DNA of 64,000 bases. Origin: Zygnema circumcarinatum SAG 698-1b (lineage: Eukaryota; Plantae; Zygnematophyceae). The notes under the pieces are model-generated. The model did not search any database, was not told the DNA's origin, and saw nothing but the letters and a program-made list of their open reading frames with translations. The number at the start of each line of letters is the position of its first letter. Positions within the stretch are counted from its first letter, which is position 1. The stretch lies in the NCBI GenBank assembly GCA_037447605.1, contig CM074820.1, forward strand, positions 1,054,001 through 1,118,000, written 5' to 3'. The position numbers were made by a program, and so were the translations under genes. This document shows, one piece after another, positions 26,411 through 36,800 of this stretch.

Positions 26411-27729
26411 TCGTTTGTAATGATCCGATCTATCAAAACTCACTCACCCACTTCCTGGCGAATCAAATTCTTCAAACAAAATGACTGGCGGGATTGATCA
26501 AATACGTAATATGTGTAGTGCTCTCCCGTAGATCACGATCATTATGCCCATGCTCGTTCTCAAGCAGATTCAATCATCCACAATGTGAGGATCAGTGCCG
26601 GCGTGATACCAGGTGGGTTTCCATAGCGTTTTTGGCCAACAGTGGAGGTGCAGGCGTAGTCCAGATTCGCTCAGGAGGTGGTGCTGGGGGCGTAACCCGG
26701 TAAGGTCGAGGTGGCGGCACGGGCTGCCAGCATCCCCTGAACCCTAGTCCTGACCCTAACCCCGCACGGTGCGGGGTCCGCGGTGGGATGGGCCGGTAGG
26801 TGTGTCCACGTGGCGCGATCCGCCTGATTCGCTCACGCGCCTCACAATGGAACCAGCGTCTCCCTTCATGACTCTAATCCGATGTGGCGGTACAGGCAAA
26901 CGCTGATGGAAACCCACCCACATTTGGCAGAGGCGAGGCACGAAAATCGTCAGAGTCCGGGAAATTCGACGCGCGGGCGGCGCGCGGGCGCCGCTGAGAA
27001 CGGTGAGCGGGCGGCCAGCGGTGAGCCATTCTCCGCAACCAGGTCAAGGCGATGCGAGGCAGATCCACTCAGCCCACGCGTGCGGGAACATTTGCCCGGC
27101 GTCGCGGGCGAAGCAAAAACTCCTCGGCACTGCGCGGATCAGTGCCTCGCAAGGGAGCCCTCCGGCCCGTCGGGCGGGCCGCCTCGGGGATGGTGACGTG
27201 GCAGATAAAGGCGATCTCGCACGCGCTCAGCGTAGTAACGTCAACCGCTCCCGAATGCCAGCCACAGGTGGGCGGCTGGTCTTTACTTGCTGGATGGACA
27301 GCGGTGACGGGGCGGGCGCGGGTCGGATTGCCCCTCTCTTAGGGAGGGAGGGTCGGAGTGGGAGAGGGGAGGGAGGGGTAAGGAGGGAGGGGGAGAGAAA
27401 GGCGGCCTTGGCCTTGAGGGAGATGGTGATGCGTGGCTTGGCCGGAGGGGGCTGATGGCGACCATGTTGGCTTGACGCAGCTAGCCTGGCTGGGTAGCCT
27501 TGACTTCATCAGCGTTCCTCGCCCGGATCAATAAGGCTTCCATAATTGCTGCTCAGTTATGGCCCGGTCGAGGCTGAGATATGAGATATGAGAATGGCCA
27601 AGTGGCCAAGATTGATAGAAGGAAGAGGGGGAGAGGGAGGGAGCGGGAGAGGTGGAAGTAGTGGGAGAGGACGAGGGAGAGGGAGAGGTAACGGGATTGG
27701 GAGAGGAAGAGGTAGAGGAAGAGGGAGAG

Positions 27730-28474
27730 TGTAACAACTGAAAAACGCCTCTTGATGCCAGCAGCCGAATCACACACCGGCCTCGAGTTGTGAGGAGAGG
27801 CGAGGAGTGAGAGAGAGAGAGAGAGGAAAGCGAGGGTGGCTGACCCCGAGGCGAGGGTGCAACCCGAATGCGATACGTTGGTTGAGTGGCAGCAGTCACC
27901 ACAAGCCCCTTCGCTTCCCAGTTAGACCTCTACCGGCATGGAGGATTGGAAAACGTCCAATGGTGGCCTGCGTGTCCCTCGACCCAGATAGATTGAAGGT
28001 GTACAACTGGTCTGAACAACTGCGCCCCATTCAGCTAGCGTAGCGCGCGCGGCGATGCCGCCATCTTGTCGGTCTGCGGTGGGATCCTGGCCTTGTGCTT
28101 GAGGATTCGGCAATACGACTCGTCCGTATATATGTGGTAATAGAGACCCGAACTGGCCCGAGGAATCCAAAGGGGATCCGGACATGGCCGAGATCTATCA
28201 GCGGACAGTTGGTCCGTGGTCGCCGATAATCCCCAATCCTCCCTTAAGCGAGGGAGGGACCTTAGCAGGCCAGCGGTGTGCGGTATGCCGTGACCTTAAT
28301 AGTGCCCCAGCGTGTGAGAACTGATTCTTACGGTTCGAACCTAGGACCTCCGTGGTCACATAAATTTGGCTATCCGATGCCCCTAGCAGATTGGAATGCT
28401 TGCGTTGGATAAACATAACGCCCGGGCCCTAAGCCCAACCCCTTCCCCTTGGGGTATTTGTAGCGTTCGCCCCA
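27730..28474 (-). repeat. 3' LTR of the chromovirus (745 bp), preceded by polypurine tract GGGGGGAAAGAA (28475-28486)
   Basis: TG...CA ends. 28327-28474 aligns with 32509-32652. TATA-like CATATATA near 28130. Confidence 0.8.
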
Positions 28475-31400
28475 TTCTTTCCCCCCACGTGAGAATGTGA
28501 GCGCCCTGGATTTCACGGTGTGGGAAGTAGTAAAAGGCTGACTCAAGTAGTTTTGCTTGGCGTCGAACTCACATTGATAGCAAGGAGGGCTCAGCGATAA
28601 TCGGTCAAGTCCCTTTCGAGTTCTTGTGAGGACGGCTCGGGGAACCCAGGTGCATACAGCCGGCTCTCTGCGGCCTGGCCTCTAGTACAAGTTGATGAGC
28701 TCGGCAATTGGTTAGAGATTGCCCTCGACTTCCCATGTCTTTACATGTTCAGCCCCATAGCCCAACCACTTCACGAGGTATTCGTGACGGGAAGAGCGAC
28801 CCTTGCTCACAATACGGTGGGCTTGAATGGTTTCAACTTCATACTCAAGTTCACCTTCAAGTTCCACTGGTGGGGGAGGTGGTTGGATCCTCCCATCGCT
28901 ACGGTAGACCTTTAGCAAACCCACATGAAGACCGGATGCCATGTGGGATGGTAAATCAACATGGCGACATCATTGATTAAACCAGGCCACGAAAGGTCGA
29001 TGAAGCGGGGCCACAGCTTACGTGTTCCGCCATAAGCTTTGAGTCTCAAGTTCGCCGTACTCAGCAACACCTCATCGCCCTCGTTGAAGGTGAGTTGGGT
29101 ACGGTGACGGTCAACATAGGCCTTTTGTCGCGACTGGGCCACTAGCAGGGTCTGCCGTGCCCTCTGCAGCGCCTCGGACATTCGCCGGACAAAAGATCTG
29201 ACGGCGGGAGGTTGAGTCCCATCAGACTGCCTCAGCTTCCAAGGCTCGGGGGTTCTGTGGATGCCCATGTTCGACGGATCAGGGGGCTGATCCCTTGGTT
29301 ACAAAGGGATTTAGAGGATCTTGGCCAAAGTTCAAGAAGAAAGGGGTGGGTACGATGGACTCTGGAAAGCATTGTGATGGCGTACTGCGCCAGCGCTGGG
29401 GGCGGTTAAGTCCCTTACATCGGTGGGTCCCACATATCTTGGGAGGTAATCCTCCAGGATCCTGTTCACCCGTTCCGTCTGGCCATCGGTTTGCGGGTGG
29501 AAAGCTGTACTCAACGCCTGCTTGGTCCCAACGATTTTGAGCACTTCCGTCCAAAAATGGCCGGTGAATTGTGGATCACGGTCAGACACAATTTCTGACT
29601 GAAGACCATGCTGGCTCCACACTTTGTCAACATACAACCGTGCAATCTCGTCGGCCCCAGCGGTCTTAGTAGTTGGTGCAAAATGCATCATCTTCGAGCC
29701 CGATCGACAAAGAGCGAGGATAGGTCATGCCCCAGGGTGTCGGGGAAGATACGTGATCAAGTCCATACCCACACTGTCCCATTTCCGAAAAGGAGGTGTG
29801 AGGGGATGCAGCTGGCCAGGGATCCTGCCAGTGCGGGGTTTGTTTCGTTGACAAGTTGGACAAGCGAGTACATACGCTTTCACATCCCTCGAGAGTCCAG
29901 GCCACCAGAACTCTCGNNNNNNNNNNGAGACGGAGACTCGGGGTTGGCCGGCCCCTCACCTCTGTCATCTCGTTCCACCAACACTCGAGTCGACGAGCGC
30001 ACCATCCAGGCAAGATGCCGAGGCTGCCTACTCAGTGGGTCTGCTACATTCAGCCTTCCGGGCCGATAAACCCACTGGCAGTCAAACCTTTGGAGGAACT
30101 CAGACCAGCGTGCCTGCCGCCTAGACAGGGTCTGTTGGGTAGAGAGAAACGTCAGCGGGCGGTGGTCAGTGACCAGCGTGACCGCTTTCGCCCCCTCTAA
30201 ATAGCACCGCCATGTCCTCAGGGCGTGGACCACTGCAAGCAGTTCCTGTTCCGTTGCAGAATAGTTGCGCTCAGCGGGATTCATTTTGCGACTTTCATAC
30301 GCCAAAGGTTGGCCATCTTGAAACAAGACGGCACCCAAGGCGAATCCCGAAGCATCACAAACCACTTCATAAGGTTTGGACGGGTCCGCTAAACGGAGAG
30401 TGGGGGCGGTAACCAGTGCATGGCGGACACCCACGAATGCTTCCTGGCAATCAGGGGTCCAGACAAAGGGGACACCGGAACGTGTCAAATTAGTCAAGGG
30501 GGTGACCAGTTTACTAAACCCTTGGATGAACTTACGAAAATAATTCGCAAAGCCCAGAAAGGACCTCAACTGATGCAAGTCAGTCGGTGGTGCCCAAGTT
30601 TCTACCGCTGAAACTTTGGCAGGGTCAGGCCGAAGGCCCTGATCATTGAGAATATGCCCAAGATAAAGCAACTCGCGCTGCATGAAGTGACACTTCTTCC
30701 TCTTGGCATAAAACTGGTGTTTCCTCAGGGTCTCAAACACTTTCCGAACGTGTTCAAGATGTTCCTCCTCCGTCTTACTGAAGACAAGGATATCATCGAG
30801 GTAAACCAAAACAAACTCGTCCATGCCGATGAACATCTCGTTCATGACAGCCTGCAGCGTCTGCATTAGTCAATCTAAGGGACACCTTACATTGGGAAAT
30901 GACCAATCGGCGTCGGAACGCAGCTCCGGCAGATCGAGCTTCTGGACCGCAGTCGATGAATACCCCTGACAAGATCAAGTGATGTGAACACTTCGGCGCT
31001 GAACACGATCCCGTAACAGATCATCGATACGTGGTAAAGCAAATCGATTCTTTACGGTGATCTTGTTGAGTGCACGATAATCAATGCACATCCTCAACGA
31101 GCCATCTTTCTTGCCAACAAACAAGATGGGCGCCCCAAAAGGGCTTTGGCTGGGCTCTATCCAGCCCTTGTCACGTAAAGTTGCCAACTGCTTACGCATC
31201 TCCTCGGTTTCTTTCGGACTTAACCGATAGATCGGCCGCCAAGGCGGCTTTTGCTCAGGCTCAAGAGGGATTGTGTGCCCCACCCCTCTCGATGGGGGCA
31301 ACCCCCTTGGAAGGTCATCAGGGAAGACATCCCTGAATTCATCCAACAGAGGTTGGATCTGGGATGGAACAGCCGAGAGCACATCCGTAGATGTGATCTG

Positions 31401-32508
31401 CCATTCCTGATCTTCGTCATGAACATCCTCAGTGGCTGTCATGACATGCACCATGAACAAGGTGCATCCCTCCTTAACTGCTTTGGCCAATTGCATAGCT
31501 GAGCACAGATAAGGAGTAGTAGGCTGCTTGACAGCAGATGATGTGGCTCTGCCAGGGTGCAGGGTAAGCCGCCTATCACCACTATGCAGAATGCAATGTG
31601 GGACAGAAAAGTCCATTTGTGCCTTGACCATGGTTAACCAAGCATTCTCAAACAGACCTGCCCAGTTCGGTGCCAGCCGTGTCAGAAGACACTGATGTCC
31701 CTCAGCAGGATCGGAGCCCCACCCTGAGTGCCACGCTATTGGCGTACTGGGCCTCTTGCGTCCATCCCCGAAAGTAACACTTTCCGAATGGGGATCTGTG
31801 GTCAACTTAAACCTCTGGGTGAACGCAGAACTAACAAAGTTAGCATCTGCCCCAGTATCTAGCAGTAGAACTGCTGGGTGGCCATTGGCTGACCCGATGA
31901 AGGTCATGGCACGATGGGCAAGGTGGAACATAGATCGCACTATATGCGAAGGTTGAGGACGAGCCGTCCTCCACACCAATGTGTAGGGTGAGCCAACCAG
32001 CAAGCTGGTGGATCCTTCCATCTCTTGCACCAACGTGTGCCCTTTCCTCAACTGTGTCACCAACCGCCAAGTGGCGCTGGGAAAGGTGCGAACTGCCATG
32101 TGCTGAGGAACCAGCACATGCAGCGCAAGGATATGGGAGGTGTTTCCCATGACATGCAAAACATCCATGGCACATTGCATGAGAACATCATCGCCCATGA
32201 CATTGAGGATAAAGACATGCCAATCACCATTCATCACTACATCCATAAACCCAGAAGGAGTCACTACAGTGGCAGGGGAGAGGGAAATGGAAACAGGGAG
32301 TGCATCACACACAAAGAGATCGTGCATTCCCAAAGGCCTGCCAACCAATTTAAGAATGTCCGAGGTTCTAAGAAACAAATGTCCCCTAGACCTGGCAGCA
32401 GTCTCCATCCCTCCCCCTAACCTAGCATGTCCACCAGCAACGACCCCTAAGCTGCTGGTGGGTTGGGGTTTTCCGGCCCCTTGCCCTTCTTGTCCTTGNN
32501 NNNNNNNN

Positions 32509-32652
32509 CTTACGGTTCGAACCTAGGACCTCCGTGGTCCTATAGGGTATCCGATGCCCTAACCGTTAGGTACTGCATTGGATGGAAACATAAAGCCACG
32601 CCGGGCCCTAAGTAACCCTTCCCCCTTGGGGTGACTGTAGCGTTTCGCTACA
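32509..32652 (-). repeat. Surviving 5' part of the chromovirus 5' LTR (remainder in gap 32499-32508)
   Basis: Begins TGTAGCGAAACGCTACA on the minus strand and is homologous to 28327-28474. Confidence 0.75.
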
Positions 32653-33000
32653 GAGAGGATGAGGCAGATGTCGAGGAGGATGGAGAGAAAGAGGGAGAAT
32701 TATCGGGATCGGATGCGGAAGAGGTAGAGGATGAGGGAGAAGATGAGGCGGAGGTAGAGGATGGAGGAGAGGAAGAGGGAGAGGGAGAGGCAGAGGAAGT
32801 GTTATATGGCGCGAGAGAGGATGAGGCCAAGGTAGAGGAGGAGGGAGAGAAAGAGGGAGAGGAAGAGGGATCGGAAGAGGAAGAGGTAGAGGATGAGGGA
32901 GAGGATGAGGAAGAGGTAGAGGATGGAGGAGAGGAAGAGGGAGAGGGAGAGGGACTTGGATTGGGAGAGGAGATGGGTTTGGGAGACAAGGAAGGATTGG
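32653..33000 (+). repeat. GA-rich tandem repeat (GAGGTAGAGGATG..), continuous with 27600-27729 across the chromovirus insertion
   Basis: The same repeat units lie on both flanks. Removing the element and one TSD restores the unit. Confidence 0.7.
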
Positions 33001-33640
33001 GACAGAGTGAGGGGCATGCTTAGAGAGAGGCGAATGGGAGTGCGGAGGAGGTTCGTTCGTGTGATGTGCGGGCATGCCTCGACGGGCTCTATTCCACCAT
33101 CTTTGGGGAGGCCAAAGATCCTGTTGGTGCAGCGGCCTTCGTGTGAGGTGCTGCCACTTTTCCTTTGCCCTCGGTAGAACTCGACATCTTCAATGACTTG
33201 TTCAATCACACTCTTCAAGGATGTACATACACAACAATACTTAATGCAATAGAATAGATTAGCAAAAATGAGAAGATGTAAGGAGAAAGCCACCAGCTTA
33301 AAACTCCTTAAGATAAAGATGAATACAACTTGACAACCCTTGAGCCAAGCTTCAAGCACCTAAACTCAAGCTACGTGATTACACCACCCCACTACAAGCT
33401 CAACGCTTCCCACTATCTTCTAAGCCCAAAGCAAGATAGCCTCATTACCAGTGTGAGTCCCGAGAAGGTTAATTCCTTCAAAACAGATTTCCATCATATA
33501 CAACCATGGTCATGTGACATGACACAAGTTGTCACGTCATGTCCGCCATTATAACCCCATGCATTGAGTTTCAGTGGGTACACTCAGGAATAGCGACCAG
33601 CTAGTGAGCTTCGTAAACCTACAATAGCACCGACCTATTC

Positions 33641-33772
33641 TGTAGCGAAACACTATAGATGGGTTGTATGGCCGAGTACTTACATCCGTGGTTGCCTTTT
33701 AATGGTAAAGCACTTAGGTGAATACCGGGAGGTCCTGAGTTCGAACCCTGCTGGAGGCAAGGGTTTGTTACA
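33641..33772 (+). mobile_element. 132-bp mini/solo-LTR (TGTAGCGAAAC...GTTACA) with tRNA-like cassette; TSD TATTC
   Basis: TATTC at 33636-33640 and 33773-33777. Internal GGTA-AAGC-A-N5-N7-N5-AGGTC-CTGAG-TTCGAAC-CCTGC. Confidence 0.8.
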
Positions 33773-34132
33773 TATTCCTTGTCTATTTGTACATATGGCC
33801 ATACAATTTTGCCACTTCACCAACCCTTTTAGTGATTTTTATTCGCCGACACTTCAGCCGTACAATCAAACCAGCACTACATGAGTGGTCCACTTGGCAC
33901 GTCGTGATTCGCCGCCGACATTCCTTTGCCGTTTTTGCGCTGCAACTTTGTGCTCCGCAGATCCGCGTTTGAATTGCGACCAATCAAAGTCGCACGTCCG
34001 TACTCTGCGTTTGCGCGTCAGCGCTACGACTAATCAGTGTTGCTTTTCAGTCCTCCGCGCACTCACGGCGCACTCTGTTGCCTCGTGCTCCGTACTCTGC
34101 ACTCGCGCCTCGACCAATCAGCGCTCTGATGG

Positions 34133-34325
34133 TGTAGCGAAACGCTATACATGTGTTGTACGGCCTAAAACTTACATCCGCGGTTGCCTTTTAATGGTAA
34201 AGCACATAGGTGGGTACCGAGAGGTCCTGAGATTAAACCTTGCTGCGAGCAGGATACACACTGCTGAGGGGAGTATGGACTCTATTGAGGGGAGTATGGA
34301 ACCCTACTGAGGGCAAGTTGTGACA
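34133..34325 (+). mobile_element. 193-bp second copy of the mini/solo-LTR family; TSD GATGG
   Basis: GATGG at 34128-34132 and 34326-34330. The first ~120 bp align with 33641-33760. Ends GTTGTGACA. Contains an internal TGAGGGGAGTATGGA duplication. Confidence 0.8.
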
Positions 34326-34644
34326 GATGGCTGTACACCTACGCGTCTCTCCGTACACTTGTATTTTGGCCAGATCTTTGTGCGCTTGTACGCGTACACT
34401 CCAAAAGGCTTGTACGGTCATTAAAGCGGTCCTCCATACAAATTGGACACTATGAGCACACCCCTAAGAGCTTAGTACCAAATGACTTAGTGTATTTACA
34501 AGTTCCTAACTAGCCTAACACTAACAGATCCATCTTTGAGGGATGCGGAGATCCCTTCAACGGAGGCACGAGTCTATTTGGGGTCCTCTACTCTGACGTT
34601 TTTGGAGAAGGCTGAAAGGAGCCTTCCTCCCTTTTCTTTCCACA

Positions 34645-35438
34645 GTACGAGTTGTTCGACCACTCGCAGCAATTCGACTTCCTCTACAAGTTGGGCAAGG
34701 GAGGCTTTGGGGCGGTTTGGGCGTGTCGCGATCGCGCAACGCCAAAAGTGGTTGCATGCAAATGCATGGCGAAAGCAATTGCTGACGTGGAAGCATTTGG
34801 AGATAGAGGCACTCACCATGTGGCGCTTGCAAAACAATCAACTCTTTGTCAAACTGATGCAAGTCTTCTAAGACGCTTCCAATGTATATTTCGTGATGGA
34901 GTTGTGCGAGGGGGGGTCCCTCCTCGACCAACTCAACGAGTGGGGAGGATGCTTTCCTGAATGGAAAGCAGCCAAAGTATTCCAACAGATTTGCAAGGGC
35001 ATGGTAGAAATGCACTCAAGGAATCTCTTGCATAGATATTTGAAGCTCGAAAACATTTTAGTGAAGGAGAAAGGGGAAGGGTTAGAGCACATTAAGATTG
35101 CCGACTTCGGGTTATTGCTCAAACTCGAGCAAGGGAGTGAGGTTTATGGTGGCGTTTGCCGGACTCCTTTGTATATGGCGCCTGAGGTCAAGTGGGATGA
35201 GGCGTACGGAATGCTTGCGAACGTTTGGTCCGCGAGCATGCTTCTATATCGAATGTTGGGGGGCGACTTCCCCAACCAAGGTAGGGGACCTTTTAGCGAG
35301 CCGCAGTGGGAAAAGGTGTCAAACCATGCAAAGAATTTAATTTTTAAAATGTTGTCGACCAAGGAGGAGAGGCCAGCGTTCGAAAGTATTCTGCATGGTC
35401 GTTGGCTGAACTCTTGGGTGAGAGGAGGAAGAATGTAG
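34645..35438 (+). pseudogene. CAMK/CDPK-like Ser/Thr protein kinase pseudogene, no introns within the kinase domain
   Basis: LGKGGFGAVW..VACK, VMELCEGGSL, HRYLKLENIL (catalytic HRD changed to HRY), IADFG, TPLYMAPEV. Frameshift near 34790-34800 and in-frame TAA at 34869-34871. Confidence 0.8.
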
Positions 35439-36544
35439 GGAAGGCCCAGAAAATGCCAAATTTTCGCATTGAATAATTTAAATGTGTCATTTTTGGTGAT
35501 AGTTAAGGCTCGGCTTCCTTTTTAAGCTCGAGCAAAAGTTTGCCGTAGGTGAAAGATTTGACCTTTTTTCTTTTTCAATGTTTCGTTTAAAGGGATGCAA
35601 AGACCAGACTCTGAGTTAGCATTGGAGAAAATGACAATATGGAAAACCCAAAAGATGTGGGGTTGGGGCTTAAAGCTCAAAAAGTTGGGCTTTTACTTTT
35701 TTAAACTTCCATTGCTTTTGGCAGTCATTTTTATTTTCAGCAAACTGCACGCTCTAAAATTTCTGATATTAGTTTTTTTCAACTGTGTGTGGTCCTTTGA
35801 AGATGCGAATACTGCAATGCGTGTGGTGTTTTCTTTGCTCATTTTTTTCTCTTGTGCGAAGGGACATGCTCTGCATGCAGTGGCTCCCATGGCTTGAGCA
35901 CATGATGATGATGATGATGATAATAGCCATGGGTGCTCATGGCATCTTCATCATGTTGAGGAACAAAGAGTCCATAGGGTTTAAGGGTTTTGCGCATCAC
36001 AATGCTCAGGTTGTTTGTCTGTTTGCATGGAACCCTCCATTTGCAGTTTGTTTGTACGGTGCCAAACATTGGCAGTGTTCATTTTCGAATCTTTAGAATT
36101 TGCAGGCTGTGTTGAAGGTTGTTGTTACATTTTTTATGTCAATTCTTCACAGTGACTTTTTTCAATGTACTTTTGATGATCAATACAAATGAGCATTCTT
36201 GACTTTTGCGCAAAGACTTGCACAATGATCATTCACCTTTTACTCTTTCACTGCTTTCGGAAATGAAAGAGTTCTTTTTTCTTTCTTTCTTCTTTCTTAA
36301 GACTCTCCATAGCTGTCACGACTCCTATAACATTTACAAGACCTATTGTAGCTGAAGCCCCTGCAGCCGAAGGATCAATCCCCTTCTGAGTGGCACATGG
36401 GTGTCCACAAAACCCCGATCCTTGGTGTACAAGAGGAGCTGGTGGGACTCAACCTCTAACCGTTACTTCTTCTGTCCGACTGATCTGAGGCGCTAAAGAG
36501 GGCATGGCAGACCCTGCTAGCGTCTAACCCCCAACAGAAATTGT

Positions 36545-36800
36545 ATGCTGATTGCAAGCGGATTCCACTTCCCTTCAATGAAGAAGATGAAACTTTGTTG
36601 AGTACCGCTCATTGAAGACTCAAAGCTTATGGCAGAACACGTAAGTTGTGACCGCGCTTTCTGGGGCCCTTTCAAGGCCATGAAGCGCATTGAATTGGTT
36701 GCTTACACGTTGGATTTACCAATTCATATGAAAGAGCGACTGGGAGAATTAGGGCCCACGGCCTATTACACCTACAACATATTGCCTATACTGTCACACA
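36545..36800 (+). mobile_element. Decayed Ty3/gypsy integrase C-terminal fragment
   Basis: LPFNEEDETLLST and GPFKAMKRIELVAYTLDLP resemble the conserved F..GD.VLLST and GPF.V..RI..VAY.L.LP motifs. Confidence 0.5.

Larger units (their letters stand above)
27730..32652 (-). mobile_element. Ty3/gypsy chromovirus (protease, RT, RNase H, integrase, chromodomain), frameshifted, with two internal gaps
   Basis: [84 protein letters not shown], chromodomain YEVETIQAHR..YLVKWLGYGAEHVKTWE (28712-28880). GAGAG TSD at 27725-27729 and 32653-32657. Confidence 0.93.

Noticed and set aside
32631-33023. Acidic (plus strand) or Ser/Pro-rich (minus strand) protein gene disrupted by the chromovirus
   Set aside because: After rejoining the flanks, neither frame has a convincing start codon. 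Reported as a repeat only.
33690-33752. Functional tRNA gene (apparent GAA anticodon)
   Set aside because: Spacing is tRNA-like, but the anticodon, T and acceptor stems do not pair properly, and it lies inside a TSD-flanked element. Treated as tRNA-derived.
36314-36536. Possible solo LTR (TGTCACG...CCAACA)
   Set aside because: Flanks do not form a TSD (ATAGC versus GAAAT).
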